This document shows, piece by piece, positions 35,539 to 46,340 of a DNA stretch of 64,000 nucleotides (position 1 is its first letter; every line of letters begins with the position of its first letter). Under the pieces are notes generated by a model. That model saw nothing but the letters and a program-made list of their open reading frames with translations. It had not been told where the DNA came from and searched no databases. Made by a program: the position numbers and the translations under genes. The stretch is from Candidatus Omnitrophota bacterium (GTDB taxonomy: Bacteria > Omnitrophota > Gorgyraeia > JAFGHF01), in NCBI GenBank assembly GCA_020341815.1, contig CP070837.1:1368195-1432194 (forward strand). Direction: 5' to 3'.

Positions 35539-36036
35539 ATGGAAGCAGAGGTAACCATTACTGCCAGGGAATATCAGCAGCTTAGCGAGTGCTCCAAGGA
35601 GAAGCAGGAATATCTGGATAAGTTGCTCCGCCTGCATGCGGAGTTTGAAAATTTCAAAAAACGCGCCCTTAAAGAAAAGGCGCAATTTCTGAAATTGGCT
35701 AATGAAGAGCTTATCTCGCGTCTCATCGATATCCTGGATAATTTTGAGCGCGCCTTCGAGCACGCCAATAATATGAGCGATTTCAAATCCCTGCACCAGG
35801 GCGTAGAGATGATTCTAAAGCAGATTCATCAGCTCCTGGAAAAAGAGGGAGTGAAAAAAATAGATTGTGTGGGTAAGCCCTTTGATGCTTCCTGTCAGGA
35901 GGCCATTGCCCATATCGAGACGGATAAATACGCCGAGAACACAGTCGTGGAAGAGGCCCAGAAGGGTTATTACCTGGGCGAGCGGCTTATTCGTCCGGCA
36001 GTAGTAAAAGTATCCACAAAACCCAAGAAAAAATAA
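35539..36036 (+). CDS. grpE: nucleotide exchange factor GrpE
   Basis: Coiled-coil followed by a GrpE beta-domain. Operon context with dnaK. Confidence 0.85.
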   Translation: MEAEVTITAREYQQLSECSKEKQEYLDKLLRLHAEFENFKKRALKEKAQFLKLANEELISRLIDILDNFERAFEHANNMSDFKSLHQGVEMILKQIHQLLEKEGVKKIDCVGKPFDASCQEAIAHIETDKYAENTVVEEAQKGYYLGERLIRPAVVKVSTKPKKK

Positions 36037-36056
36037 ATTATCAGGAGGTTAACAAA

Positions 36057-37958
36057 ATGGCAAAGGTAATCGGAATCGATTTAGGTACGTCTAACTCCGC
36101 AGCCGCAGTTATGGAAGGCGGAAGAGCAAGCATTATCCCCAGCGCAGAAGGAACGACCGTGGGAGGAGGAAAGGCTTTTCCCTCTTATGTGGCCTTTACC
36201 AAGGACGGACAGCGCCTGGTGGGTGAGCCCGCCCGGCGTCAGGCAGCCATCAATCCTGGCGGGACCATTACCGCGGCAAAGCGAAAGATGGGTGAGGACT
36301 TTAAGTTCGAAGTTCACGGCAAGCAGTTTACGCCCCAGCAGATATCCGCTTTTATCCTGCAGAAGATAAAAGAGGACGCCCAGGCCTATCTGGGTGATGA
36401 AGTAAAAGAGGCGGTAATTACCTGCCCGGCATACTTTGACGATAATCAGCGCACAGCCACAAAGGACGCCGGAGAAATAGCGGGACTAAAGGTATTGCGT
36501 ATCATCAATGAGCCCACGGCGGCGTGTCTGGCCTACGGGCTGGATAAGGCCGGCAAAGAGCAGAAGATACTGGTCTTTGATTTCGGGGGCGGGACGCTGG
36601 ACGTAACCATTATGGAGATGTGGCATGATAAAGAAGGCGGAGCCGGTTTTGAGGTTATGGCCACCAATGGGGACACACACTTAGGCGGCACGGATATGGA
36701 TGGCGTCCTGCTTGATTATATCGCCGGTGAGTTCAAAAAGGAATCAGGTCTGGATTTAAAGAATGATAAGATGGCCATGCAGCGCCTAAGAGAGGCCGCC
36801 GAAAAAGCCAAGATTGAATTATCCAGCACCTTAACTACAGATATCAATTTACCATTTATTACTGCCGACTCTTCCGGCCCGAAACATCTGACGATGTCTA
36901 TTACGCGGGCAAAACTGGAAGAGTTGGTCGGTCCTATTGTAGATAAGTGCCGCGGGCCTATGGAGCAGGCTATAAGTGATGCCAAGCTCAGCCCCGCACA
37001 GATTGATAAGATAATCATGGTGGGCGGGCCTACCCGTATGCCTATTGTGCAGAAGTTCCTTGAGGACTATGTGGGCAAAAAGATCGAGCGCGGCGTAGAC
37101 CCTATGGAATGCGTGGCGATGGGCGCGGCAATCCAGTCAGCCATAATCAAGGGCGACATCAAAGAAGTAACCCTTCTGGATGTGACGCCTCTTTCTTTAG
37201 GTATCGAGACCTTAGGCGGAGTATGCACCCGTCTTATTGAGCGAAATACCACTATCCCCAGCAAAAAGAGCCAGATTTTCTCTACCGCCGCCGATAATCA
37301 GACCGCGGTAACCATCAGGGTTTTGCAGGGTGAGCGCTCCCTGGCCAATGATAATGTGGAACTGGGCAGGTTTGACTTAGTGGGTATACCCGCTGCCCCC
37401 AGAGGCGTGCCTCAGATCGAGGTAACATTCGATATCGACCGTAACGGTATCGTCCATGTTCATGCCAAGGATTTAGGCACGGGCAAGGAACAGTCTATCC
37501 GCATTACCGCGCCGAAGAAGCTCTCCAAGGAAGAGATTGAGAAGATGGTCAAGGAAGCGGCAAAGTATGAGACGGAAGATAAAAAGAAAAAGGAAGAGAT
37601 AGAGGTGCGCAATCAGGCCGACACCTTGGCCTACTCGACGGAGAAATCCCTCAAGGAGTTCGGCCAAAAGGTGAGCAAGGACGAAAAAGAAAAAATCGAG
37701 AAGAAGCTCGCCGAATTAAAAGAGGCCCTAAAAGGCACCGATATCAATAAGATTAAAACATCAATGGAAGAGCTGATGAAGGCCTCGCACAAACTGGCTG
37801 AAGAAATCTATAAAGAGGCCCAGGCCAAACAAAAACAAGGCCCCACACCGAAAGAAGAGCCAAAGGCTAAAGAGCCCGGCGAAGGCGGAAAAAAAGGCGA
37901 AGACATCGTCGATGCCGATTACACCGTCGAGGACGAAGACAAAAATAAAAATAAATAA
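36057..37958 (+). CDS. dnaK: chaperone DnaK (Hsp70)
   Basis: [26 protein letters not shown] and other Hsp70 signatures. RBS AGGAGG. Confidence 0.95.
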   Translation: MAKVIGIDLGTSNSAAAVMEGGRASIIPSAEGTTVGGGKAFPSYVAFTKDGQRLVGEPARRQAAINPGGTITAAKRKMGEDFKFEVHGKQFTPQQISAFILQKIKEDAQAYLGDEVKEAVITCPAYFDDNQRTATKDAGEIAGLKVLRIINEPTAACLAYGLDKAGKEQKILVFDFGGGTLDVTIMEMWHDKEGGAGFEVMATNGDTHLGGTDMDGVLLDYIAGEFKKESGLDLKNDKMAMQRLREAAEKAKIELSSTLTTDINLPFITADSSGPKHLTMSITRAKLEELVGPIVDKCRGPMEQAISDAKLSPAQIDKIIMVGGPTRMPIVQKFLEDYVGKKIERGVDPMECVAMGAAIQSAIIKGDIKEVTLLDVTPLSLGIETLGGVCTRLIERNTTIPSKKSQIFSTAADNQTAVTIRVLQGERSLANDNVELGRFDLVGIPAAPRGVPQIEVTFDIDRNGIVHVHAKDLGTGKEQSIRITAPKKLSKEEIEKMVKEAAKYETEDKKKKEEIEVRNQADTLAYSTEKSLKEFGQKVSKDEKEKIEKKLAELKEALKGTDINKIKTSMEELMKASHKLAEEIYKEAQAKQKQGPTPKEEPKAKEPGEGGKKGEDIVDADYTVEDEDKNKNK

Positions 37959-37985
37959 ATTTTTTAACGAAGAAAAGACGAATAA

Positions 37986-38657
37986 ATGCCCAGGAAATTA
38001 GTGATAATTCTGGTGTGTTTGCTTTTGTGTATCGTGCTTGTTTTATGGCTGGCGCCGGAAGTTTATGATTATATTTATGGATATTTTTTGTTCCGAAGGA
38101 TAGGCTCGAACCTGACTGTAAATATCAACAGCGACTTCGACAAAGCAACTATGGTGGCCTTTTGGGTCTTTGAGAACATTAAGCAGCTCGAACGCTACCC
38201 TTATTTACCGGTTATAGACGATAACTTTTTGAACATATACAAAAGAGGTTTTGGCTTCTGTGACCAGGGCGCTCATGTTTATGCCACGATGATGCACTGG
38301 CTTGGCTTTGAGGCCAAACTGCTAATGCTGCGGAAGGAAGACGGCGTCTCTCCCCATACTGTGGCAGTCGTGAAGGTGAAAGAAAAATACATGATAGTGG
38401 ATACGACATACAATTTTATTTTTGCAGAAACCAAGGACGGTAAAAAGATTCCCATCGGAGTCGATGATTTAGGAGACTACCCGGAAGTTTTCGATAAATA
38501 TTTGAAAGTTGTTAAAGACAGGTTGGCGCCTCTTGGAGAAAAGGCCGAGATAAAGTTATCATGGTTTACAAACGGAACTTACTTCGAGACATTCCCATAT
38601 TGCGACAAAAAGTATTTGTTTGAGAAAATAATAAACAAAATAAGAAGGCGCGGATAA
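37986..38657 (+). CDS. membrane-anchored transglutaminase-like (Cys-His-Asp papain-fold) protein inserted between dnaK and dnaJ
   Basis: N-terminal TM helix. GFGFCDQGAHVYATMMHWLGFEAKLL...H..D spacing is consistent with the transglutaminase-like core. Confidence 0.45.
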   Translation: MPRKLVIILVCLLLCIVLVLWLAPEVYDYIYGYFLFRRIGSNLTVNINSDFDKATMVAFWVFENIKQLERYPYLPVIDDNFLNIYKRGFGFCDQGAHVYATMMHWLGFEAKLLMLRKEDGVSPHTVAVVKVKEKYMIVDTTYNFIFAETKDGKKIPIGVDDLGDYPEVFDKYLKVVKDRLAPLGEKAEIKLSWFTNGTYFETFPYCDKKYLFEKIINKIRRRG

Positions 38658-38669
38658 AGAAAGAACTGT

Positions 38670-39824
38670 ATGTCCAAGCGTGACTATTACGAAATATTGG
38701 GTTTGAGTAAGGGAGCTTCGGCCGATGAGATAAAGCGTGCTTACAGGCGGCTTGCCCTTAAGCATCACCCGGATAAAAACCCCGAGAATCATAAAGAGGC
38801 CGAGGAAAAGTTTAAAGAGATATGCGAGGCCTATGAGGTCTTAAGCGACGAGCAAAAAAAGCGCACCTATGACCAGTTCGGGCATGAAGGCCTGCGCGGC
38901 GCATTTAAGGGCGGCGGTTTTGACTGGTCGGACTTTACCCATTACAGTGACTTAGAAGATATCTTCGGCAACTTTAGTGACATCTTCAGCAGTTTCGGCG
39001 TAGACTTAGGCGGTTTCGGCTTTGGCGGAGGCCGCCGGGGCGGTGGCGTGCGCCGGGGCTCGCATTTAGGAGTAGAGCTGGAACTCTCTTTACGTGAGGC
39101 CGCTCAAGGCGTGGAGAAGGTTGTGCGCCTGATGCGCCGGGAAAGCTGTCCAACTTGTAAGGGAGAGGGCGCTAAGCCCGGGACAAAAAGGATTACCTGT
39201 CCCGAGTGCCGGGGGGCCGGCCAGATTCGCACTACAGGCGGCTTTTTCACAATTGCCCGCACCTGCGCCCGCTGCGGCGGAGAGGGTAAGGTTATCCAGA
39301 CGCCCTGTTCCAATTGCCGGGGAAAAGGTTTGGTCAGGGCTGAGCGGAAGATTCATGTCAAGGTGCCTGCCGGGGCCGATACGGGCTTGAGGTTGCGTAT
39401 CAGTGGCGAAGGAGAAGGCGCCCCAAGAGGCGGACGAAGCGGCGACCTTTATGTGGATATCTCGGTTGAGCCTGATGAGATGTTCGAGCGTCATGGCCGC
39501 GACTTAGTTTGTGCGGTGCCTATTACCTTTGCCCAGGCGGCCTTAGGGGCGGAGATCGAAGTGCCCACCTTAAACGGCAAGATAAATATGAAAGTTCCCG
39601 CGGGAACGCAGAGCGGGAAGTTCTTTCGCATCAGAGGCAAGGGCATGCCTGATGTGCACGGAGGCGGCCGGGGGGATGAGCTGGTCAAGGTTGTGGTAGA
39701 GACACCCACCGGGCTCAATGCCAGGCAAAGGGATCTTTTGAAAGAGTTTGCCAAAGAAGGCGGGGAAAAGGTTAATCCGCTTTCCCGTTCGTTTATGGAA
39801 AAAGCCAAACGTTTATTTAAGTAG
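38670..39824 (+). CDS. dnaJ: chaperone DnaJ (Hsp40)
   Basis: J-domain with HPD (KHHPDKN), G/F-rich linker, four CxxCxGxG zinc-finger repeats. Confidence 0.9.
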   Translation: MSKRDYYEILGLSKGASADEIKRAYRRLALKHHPDKNPENHKEAEEKFKEICEAYEVLSDEQKKRTYDQFGHEGLRGAFKGGGFDWSDFTHYSDLEDIFGNFSDIFSSFGVDLGGFGFGGGRRGGGVRRGSHLGVELELSLREAAQGVEKVVRLMRRESCPTCKGEGAKPGTKRITCPECRGAGQIRTTGGFFTIARTCARCGGEGKVIQTPCSNCRGKGLVRAERKIHVKVPAGADTGLRLRISGEGEGAPRGGRSGDLYVDISVEPDEMFERHGRDLVCAVPITFAQAALGAEIEVPTLNGKINMKVPAGTQSGKFFRIRGKGMPDVHGGGRGDELVKVVVETPTGLNARQRDLLKEFAKEGGEKVNPLSRSFMEKAKRLFK

Positions 39825-39935
39825 TCGCTAGTATTCAGTATCTTGTATTTAGTAAAATCAAAAACAATAAAAACAGTTATAAATATTTAAAGATTATATA
39901 AAAAAGTTTTTATCTAGATACTAGATACAAGCGAC
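39824..39935. repeat. imperfect inverted repeat of about 26 nt (GTCGCTAGTATTCAGTATCTTGTAT ... ATCTAGATACTAGATACAAGCGAC) flanking a 60-nt AT-rich core
   Basis: About 20 of 26 positions are complementary. It lies between dnaJ and fmdB. MITE-like element or large regulatory hairpin. Confidence 0.35.
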
Positions 39936-39966
39936 GAGCGACTAATAAGGAGCGAAGCGACGAGAA

Positions 39967-40233
39967 ATGCCAACATACGAGTATCAATGCAAGAAGTGCG
40001 CGCATAAGTTTGATGTGTTCCAGCAGATGAGTGATGAACCCCTAAAGAATTGCCCTGCCTGCGGCGGTGAGCTTAAGCGGCTCTTAGGCTCAGGCTCAGG
40101 GATAATCTTTAAGGGCTCGGGGTTTTACGCTACCGACTATCGCAGCAAAGAATATAACGATAGAAAGAAGCAGGAAAGCAAACCTTGTGACGGCGCCTCA
40201 TGCAAAGATTGTCCTGCAAATAAAGATAAATAA
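39967..40233 (+). CDS. FmdB-family zinc-ribbon regulatory protein
   Basis: MPTYEYQCKKCAHKFDVFQQMSD...CPACGG matches the CxxC_CXXC_SSSS family. Confidence 0.6.
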   Translation: MPTYEYQCKKCAHKFDVFQQMSDEPLKNCPACGGELKRLLGSGSGIIFKGSGFYATDYRSKEYNDRKKQESKPCDGASCKDCPANKDK

Positions 40234-40246
40234 TTAAGAAGAGAAG

Positions 40247-41503
40247 ATGTCGCATATCCGTCCCTTTAGAGGTGTGCTTTATAATCCCGAGAAGATAAAG
40301 GATATCGCCGAGGTGGTTACCGAGCCTTACGACGTGATTAATTCCTCGCAGCAGGCGGCCTATTACAAGCTCAGTCCCTATAATATAATCCGCCTTATCC
40401 TGGGAAGGCATTACCCTGACGATAACATTAAAAGCAACGAATATACCAGGGCGCGTGAATATCTCAGGGATTGGTTGAAGCGCGATATCCTGCGGCGCGA
40501 CGGGAAAGAAAGCATCTATATCTATACCCAGACCTTTTCCCACAATAATAAAATGCGAACGCGCACGGGATTTTTTGTTCTCCTGAAGATAGAGGATTTT
40601 GCCAAAAATACCGTGTTGCCCCATGAGAATACCAAGTCCTCAGCAGTCCAGGACAGGATGAAATTATTGGAAGTAACAGGGGCAAACCTAAGTCCGATAT
40701 TTGCCTTATTCTCCGAGCCCGAGGGAAAAATCAGTAAGCTGTTGAATCAGGAGAAAAAGGCCCAGCGGCCTTACATCACTATTAAAAAAGACAATATCAC
40801 CCACCGCATCTGGCGGATAAGCCAGAGAAAAAAGATTGCCGCTATTCAGCGGCAGCTCCTTAAGCGCCAGATATTTATTGCCGATGGGCATCACCGCTAT
40901 GAGGCAGCGCTCAATTACAAACTGAAGATGCAGAAGAAGAAAAGGGCCGGCGTAAGCTCGGCCCCTTTTAATTATGTAATGGCTTATCTTGTATCCGCCA
41001 AGGACCCGGGCCTGACTATCCTTCCCACGCACAGGGTAATAAAGCTCGCCCCCGGATTTAATGTAGATGAGATAATCTCGAAATTAAAAAAGGCCTTTAT
41101 TGTATATAAGTTTTCTTCTCGTGAGGAGCTATTTTCCTATATGGCCAGCGAGGCGCATTCAGCGTGCGTATTCGGCGCCTACTTCGGAAAAAAGAGATTT
41201 TACGGATTGAAATTGAAAGATGCAAAGCTCACCCGCGAACTTGACGTAAATGTGCTGCACAGCGTTATAGTCGAAGAAATTTTAAATATTTCCCCATTTC
41301 AGGGAGATATCTGCTATACTAGAGAGGCCGAGGAGGCCATAGGCCTGGTGGATGCCGATAAAAACCAGGCCGCATTTTTCCTGCGGCCTTTGAGGGTGGC
41401 GCAGGTTAAGAAGACGGCCGCGGCCGGGCGCAAGATGCCGCACAAATCTACTTATTTCTACCCCAAGGCGCTTACGGGACTGGTAATTAATAAGTTAAAA
41501 TAA
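40247..41503 (+). CDS. DUF1015 domain protein
   Basis: N-terminal IRPFRGVLYNP...VTEPYDVI and a central ADGHHRYEAAL are DUF1015 hallmarks. Confidence 0.6.
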   Translation: MSHIRPFRGVLYNPEKIKDIAEVVTEPYDVINSSQQAAYYKLSPYNIIRLILGRHYPDDNIKSNEYTRAREYLRDWLKRDILRRDGKESIYIYTQTFSHNNKMRTRTGFFVLLKIEDFAKNTVLPHENTKSSAVQDRMKLLEVTGANLSPIFALFSEPEGKISKLLNQEKKAQRPYITIKKDNITHRIWRISQRKKIAAIQRQLLKRQIFIADGHHRYEAALNYKLKMQKKKRAGVSSAPFNYVMAYLVSAKDPGLTILPTHRVIKLAPGFNVDEIISKLKKAFIVYKFSSREELFSYMASEAHSACVFGAYFGKKRFYGLKLKDAKLTRELDVNVLHSVIVEEILNISPFQGDICYTREAEEAIGLVDADKNQAAFFLRPLRVAQVKKTAAAGRKMPHKSTYFYPKALTGLVINKLK

Positions 41504-41507
41504 GAAG

Positions 41508-42356
41508 ATGGCATTATTCGGAAAACCCAAATATACCTTTGTTAACCTGGTCAAGAAAAAAGACATACCTCACGGCCTCTGGACACGGTGCCCTGACTGC
41601 GGGGAATTGATTTACAACAAGGCCCTCAAGGAAAAGCTAAAAGTCTGCCATAAATGTAGTTATCATTTTGTCTTGGGCGCCCGGGAGAGGATAGAGCTGC
41701 TTGCGGATAGCTTCAAAGAGCTTCACTCCGGGCTTGTCTCTACGGATGCTCTAAATTTTCAAGGGCCCAAGAATTACAAGGATAAGTTGGCCGAGGAGAA
41801 AAAGAAGACCGGGCTTCCGGAGGCATGTATAGTGGGTGAGGCCCTGATTAACGAGAAGAAGTTCATCCTGGGGGTAACCGACTCCCGCTTTATGATGGGC
41901 TCGATGGGTTCGGTTGTGGGTGAGAAATTAACCCGGGCTATCGAGCAGGCCACAGAGTTGCATTTGCCGGTGGTGATTGTCTCCGGCTCAGGCGGCGGCG
42001 CCCGCATGCAGGAAGGGATGCTTTCCCTGATGCAGATGGCCAAGACCTCAGCGGCTCTTGCCCGGCATGCCCAGCATAAGCTTTTATTTATATCCATCCT
42101 GACCAACCCCACTATGGCCGGGATAATGGCCAGCTTTGCTTCCCTGGGGGATGTGATTATCGCCGAGCCCAAGGCTTTAATCGGCTTTACGGGGCCAAGG
42201 GTGATTGAGCAGACTATTCGCCAGAAGCTGCCTCAAGGTTTTCAGAGTTCTGAGTTTTTGCTTAAGCACGGCTTGATCGATATGATTGTAGCGCGCAAGA
42301 ATTTAAAAGATACCTTGTCGCTGCTTCTAGACTATTTGACGGAAGCCCAGACTTAA
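41508..42356 (+). CDS. accD: acetyl-CoA carboxylase carboxyltransferase subunit beta
   Basis: N-terminal C4 zinc finger (CPDCGEL...CHKCSYH) followed by a carboxyltransferase domain. Confidence 0.85.
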   Translation: MALFGKPKYTFVNLVKKKDIPHGLWTRCPDCGELIYNKALKEKLKVCHKCSYHFVLGARERIELLADSFKELHSGLVSTDALNFQGPKNYKDKLAEEKKKTGLPEACIVGEALINEKKFILGVTDSRFMMGSMGSVVGEKLTRAIEQATELHLPVVIVSGSGGGARMQEGMLSLMQMAKTSAALARHAQHKLLFISILTNPTMAGIMASFASLGDVIIAEPKALIGFTGPRVIEQTIRQKLPQGFQSSEFLLKHGLIDMIVARKNLKDTLSLLLDYLTEAQT

Positions 42357-42467
42357 GTAGTACCCGCCAAATAAAATTTGGCGAGGTCCAATTCACACAA
42401 GTTAAACTAGAAAAGCATAAGAAGATTGACCCCGAATCTTCGGGGGCAAGTGTTCATTGGAGGTGAA

Positions 42468-43577
42468 ATGGCGCAGGTAAGTTTGAGGAGTGTAAGTAAA
42501 ATTTTTCCCCCGGATGTGGTCGCGGCCAAAGACATAAATCTGGGGGCGGAGAATAAAGAGTTTTTGGTACTGGTAGGCCCTTCCGGTTGCGGCAAGTCCA
42601 CCATCTTAAGGATGATAGCCGGCCTGGAGAAGGCGACGGAGGGTGAGATTTACATCGGCGACAGAAAGGTCAACGATGTCCCGGCAAAGGACAGGAATAT
42701 CGCTATGGTCTTTCAGAATTATGCCCTTTATCCCCATATGACGGTATATGAGAATATGGCCTTTGGGCTTAAGCTGCGCAAATACCCCAAGGCGGAAATC
42801 GAAAAAAGGGTTCTTGAGGCCGCCCAGATTTTGGGCATCGAGAAGCTCTTAGAGCGCAGGCCGCGCAAGCTCTCCGGCGGACAAAGACAGAGGGTGGCCG
42901 TAGGCCGGGCTATCGTGCGCAAGCCCCTGGCCTTTTTGTTTGATGAGCCTTTGAGTAATCTGGATGCGAAGTTTCGCACGCAGATGAGGACGGAGATAAG
43001 CAAGCTGCATATAAGGCTGCAGGCCACGATGATTTACGTAACCCATGACCAGATAGAGGCGATGACCATGGGTAACCGCATTGTAGTAATGAAAGACGGC
43101 ATAGTCCAGCAGATAGATGAGCCCACCGCCATTTACGATAAGCCCGCCAATAAATTCGTTGCCGGCTTTATCGGTTCGCCGCCGATGAACTTCATGGAAG
43201 GCGTAATCAGAAATATCGATGGGAAATTGTTCTTTGACGAAGGAGGCTTTCGGGTGAAGCTGGTGGATGAGATGCACGCGGCCATGAAGCCTTATGAGAA
43301 TAAAGAGGTTATCTTCGGCATCCGCCCGGAGGATATTTACGATAAGCTCTTCGTCCGGGAAGCGCCTCCGGAAAACTGTATTGTGGCTACCTGCGAGATC
43401 CTTGAGCCCCTGGGTTCGGAGGTATATCTTCATCTTTTGAGCCGCAGCCGCAAGCACAGCTTTATCGCCAAGGTGGGCGGGCACAATAAGCCCGGAATAA
43501 ATCAGGACTTGAACCTGGTCTTGGATATGAGTAAAATTCACTTCTTCGACAAAAATAGCGAGAAAAAGATTATTTGA
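42468..43577 (+). CDS. ABC transporter ATP-binding protein, MalK/UgpC-type with C-terminal regulatory (TOBE) domain
   Basis: Walker A GPSGCGKST, signature LSGGQRQRVAVGRA, Walker B LFDEPLSNLD. RBS GGAGG lies before the ATG at 42468; the ORF track starts at TTG 42426. Confidence 0.85.
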   Translation: MAQVSLRSVSKIFPPDVVAAKDINLGAENKEFLVLVGPSGCGKSTILRMIAGLEKATEGEIYIGDRKVNDVPAKDRNIAMVFQNYALYPHMTVYENMAFGLKLRKYPKAEIEKRVLEAAQILGIEKLLERRPRKLSGGQRQRVAVGRAIVRKPLAFLFDEPLSNLDAKFRTQMRTEISKLHIRLQATMIYVTHDQIEAMTMGNRIVVMKDGIVQQIDEPTAIYDKPANKFVAGFIGSPPMNFMEGVIRNIDGKLFFDEGGFRVKLVDEMHAAMKPYENKEVIFGIRPEDIYDKLFVREAPPENCIVATCEILEPLGSEVYLHLLSRSRKHSFIAKVGGHNKPGINQDLNLVLDMSKIHFFDKNSEKKII

Positions 43578-44983
43578 TCTTGAAAAGACAACTTCTGCAC
43601 TTAGTTACCGTAGTTCTGTTTGCACTTAGCGCCTTTGTCCTCATTTACCCTTTTGAGTGGTCCCCACCCTTAATTACCGGTCTTTTTCTATTTTTGAACT
43701 TTATTATTGTTTTAAGCGCCGTCTATTTCTCGGAGACGGCGATATTAATTTTTGGCGCTTTGGGTTTTCTGACAATCCTCATAGCGCCTTTTCCTTCATT
43801 TAAAGTAAGGCTTGCCTCATCATTTTTATTGGTGGCTACCACCTCGATATTGTATTTTTATTGCGCAAAGATAACGAATTTCATCCGGCACAACAATGTG
43901 GCGCTGGAGAATGCCGAGGGTGAGAAAAATATTCTCTCTGCGAAATTGATGCATCTGCGCACAGAGCAAAATGCCCTGGAGCAGAAATTACAGCGCTATT
44001 CGGCCTTAAAAGGCCTGACGGAAGATTTGTCTTCCGTTTTATCTCTGGATGCGGCCACATCTTTGATTGCGCAGGAGACCAGCAGGATTATAGGCAAGAA
44101 CTCCGTCTGCCTGCTTTATCTGGTGGACCGACAAGAGCAGGAGCTTTACTTGGCAGCCAGCGAAACCGGCACCGGCCAAAATGAGATAAAGGCCAAAAAG
44201 GGGGATGTCTTTGACGACTGGGTATTTAAGCAGCGCACCCGCTTGATGATAAAAGACGCGAATAAGGACTTTAGATTTGACGCCTACGATATTAAAAAAG
44301 ACGGAGCCCGTGATATTATTTCCCTGATTTCGGCTCCCTTGATCAGCGAGAATAAGCTTCTGGGTATCCTGCGCATGGACAGCCCCTCCCGCGAGGCCTA
44401 CGCCGCGGATGAGCTGCGCCTTCTGGATATCATCGCTGACTTGTCCGCGGTGGCAATCGAAAACACCATACTTTATCAGAAGACGGAGCACCTGGCCATA
44501 ACCGACGGGTTAACGGGCGTGTTTGTATACAGGCATTTTCAGGAGCGCTTTGACCAGGAGCTTGCCCGCGCGCTCTGGTCGGATTCGGAGTTCAGCTTCC
44601 TGATGCTGGATATAGATAATTTCAAGGCCTATAACGATAAATACGGGCATACAGCCGGCGATATCGTTCTGAAGCAAATCGCCCGCCTGATTAAGGAAAG
44701 CTGTAATCCCGGTGACATAGTCGCCAGATACGGCGGGGAGGAGTTCGGCGTTCTTCTGGTGGAAACCGGCAGGGAAGAGGCCCTTAAGACCGCCGAGAGA
44801 ATCAGAAAGAGAATAGCCGATGAGAAATTCGTTCTGCGCCGTGAGCGAAGCAGTGTGACGGTCTCGGGGGGCATTTCCTTTTTCCCCGGGGAGGGGAAAG
44901 AAAAAGAAGATTTAATCAGAAAGGCCGACAGCGCTCTCTATAAGGCCAAGGACCGGGGAAGGAACAGAATATGCACATCTTGA
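43574..44983 (+). CDS. membrane GAF-GGDEF diguanylate cyclase
   Basis: N-terminal TM helices, central GAF-like region, C-terminal GGDEF (RYGGEEFGVLL). Confidence 0.75.
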   Translation: MILKRQLLHLVTVVLFALSAFVLIYPFEWSPPLITGLFLFLNFIIVLSAVYFSETAILIFGALGFLTILIAPFPSFKVRLASSFLLVATTSILYFYCAKITNFIRHNNVALENAEGEKNILSAKLMHLRTEQNALEQKLQRYSALKGLTEDLSSVLSLDAATSLIAQETSRIIGKNSVCLLYLVDRQEQELYLAASETGTGQNEIKAKKGDVFDDWVFKQRTRLMIKDANKDFRFDAYDIKKDGARDIISLISAPLISENKLLGILRMDSPSREAYAADELRLLDIIADLSAVAIENTILYQKTEHLAITDGLTGVFVYRHFQERFDQELARALWSDSEFSFLMLDIDNFKAYNDKYGHTAGDIVLKQIARLIKESCNPGDIVARYGGEEFGVLLVETGREEALKTAERIRKRIADEKFVLRRERSSVTVSGGISFFPGEGKEKEDLIRKADSALYKAKDRGRNRICTS

Positions 44984-46215
44984 ACTTTCTGATTATTCCT
45001 ATTATAGTGGTGAGCCTTTTTTGCGGCATTAAATTTGCCTATATAGTTTCTATGGTTTGCAGTGTATTTGCGGCCTTTTTTATTTACGCCCATCAGAGCC
45101 TGGCGAATATATTACTTACTATCGCTATTTTTAATCTTACGCCTTTAATCTGCCGGCAGTTTGATCTCACCTGGCGCAGAAAGCGCGCTTCGTTGGGAGA
45201 CAGGCTGCAGCGGGCGAGGCTTGTTTGCGAAAATATGCAGAAGGAGGCCGACGCCATCAGGCAGTCCAATTTCCGCCTGAACGAAGAGGCTTTTCATACC
45301 GCCGAGCTTTATAAAATCACCCGGGATATGTCGGCGGTTCCTGAGGCGGGGGATGCTTTCAGCATTTTTACCAGGAAGCTGATGGAGGTCTTCCGCTTTA
45401 AGGGCTGCCGCCTGATTTTAACGGATGAAGATACGGAAGGCTTTGAGGTGGAGAAGGTATTCGAGTTAAAATATCCCTTGCATCAGGCAAACTCTATCGG
45501 TACGGAGGCCTCCGATGCGCAGATTTTAAAAGAAGGTTTTAAGCTGCAAAAAATCCGTTACTCGCAGGATTCGACCCTGGTTCCCTTGACAGCGGAAAAC
45601 AGATTTTTGGGCGCTTTGAGGCTTGAGGGTCTGCCTCAGGATAAACAGGAGACATTTTGCACCCTGGCCAATCAATTTTCTCTGGCGATGAAGCGGGTGA
45701 AGCTGTATGAGAAGATGCAAAAATTGGCCATCAACGACGGACTCACCGGACTTTTTGTGCGCAGGTATATTCTTCAGCGGCTGGCCGAGGAAATAGAAAG
45801 AGGCACGCGCCACCACCTGCATCTTGCCTTTTTGATGATAGACATAGATTACTTTAAGCGATGCAACGACCGGTTCGGACATCTGACGGGGGATGCGGTA
45901 TTGAAGGAAATGGCCCAGGTAATCAAATCCAGCGTGCGCGAGATAGATCTGGTGGCCAGGTTCGGGGGAGAAGAGTTTTCGGTGCTCCTGCCCGATACGG
46001 ATAAGGCCTCTGCCGCCAGGGTTGCCGAGAGAATCCGCTCAAGCGTAGAGAGGCATCTTTTCCGCGCCTATAATGAGACCGTCAAGATTACCGTAAGTAT
46101 CGGGGTGGCCGCTTTTCCGGAGGATTCGCACCTCTTGCAGCAGCTGGTAGATAAATCCGACCAGGCCCTTTATCGGGCCAAGCTGGAAGGAAGAAATAGA
46201 GTTGAAATTTTTTAG
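44971..46215 (+). CDS. membrane GAF-GGDEF diguanylate cyclase (second, paralogous)
   Basis: Same architecture. GGDEF motif RFGGEEFSVLL. Confidence 0.75.
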   Translation: MHILNFLIIPIIVVSLFCGIKFAYIVSMVCSVFAAFFIYAHQSLANILLTIAIFNLTPLICRQFDLTWRRKRASLGDRLQRARLVCENMQKEADAIRQSNFRLNEEAFHTAELYKITRDMSAVPEAGDAFSIFTRKLMEVFRFKGCRLILTDEDTEGFEVEKVFELKYPLHQANSIGTEASDAQILKEGFKLQKIRYSQDSTLVPLTAENRFLGALRLEGLPQDKQETFCTLANQFSLAMKRVKLYEKMQKLAINDGLTGLFVRRYILQRLAEEIERGTRHHLHLAFLMIDIDYFKRCNDRFGHLTGDAVLKEMAQVIKSSVREIDLVARFGGEEFSVLLPDTDKASAARVAERIRSSVERHLFRAYNETVKITVSIGVAAFPEDSHLLQQLVDKSDQALYRAKLEGRNRVEIF

Positions 46216-46263
46216 ATTTTAGGTTAGAATATATATTCTGTAATTATATGGATATAAGGCATA

Positions 46264-46285
46264 TCCCGATAGACAGCTATCGGGA
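46264..46285 (+). terminator. hairpin TCCCGATAG-ACAG-CTATCGGGA downstream of the GGDEF pair
   Basis: 9-bp perfect stem with a 4-nt loop. It shares the CCCGATAG octamer with the family-A repeats. Confidence 0.4.
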
Positions 46286-46340
46286 TCAATTCGCATAAAT
46301 TGACAAAGAAAAATTAAGTGCTCATTGAGGAGATTTATAA

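Noticed and set aside
42849-43541. 230-aa minus-strand ORF
   Set aside because: Antisense to the ABC ATPase gene, which has Walker A, signature and Walker B motifs. No independent support.
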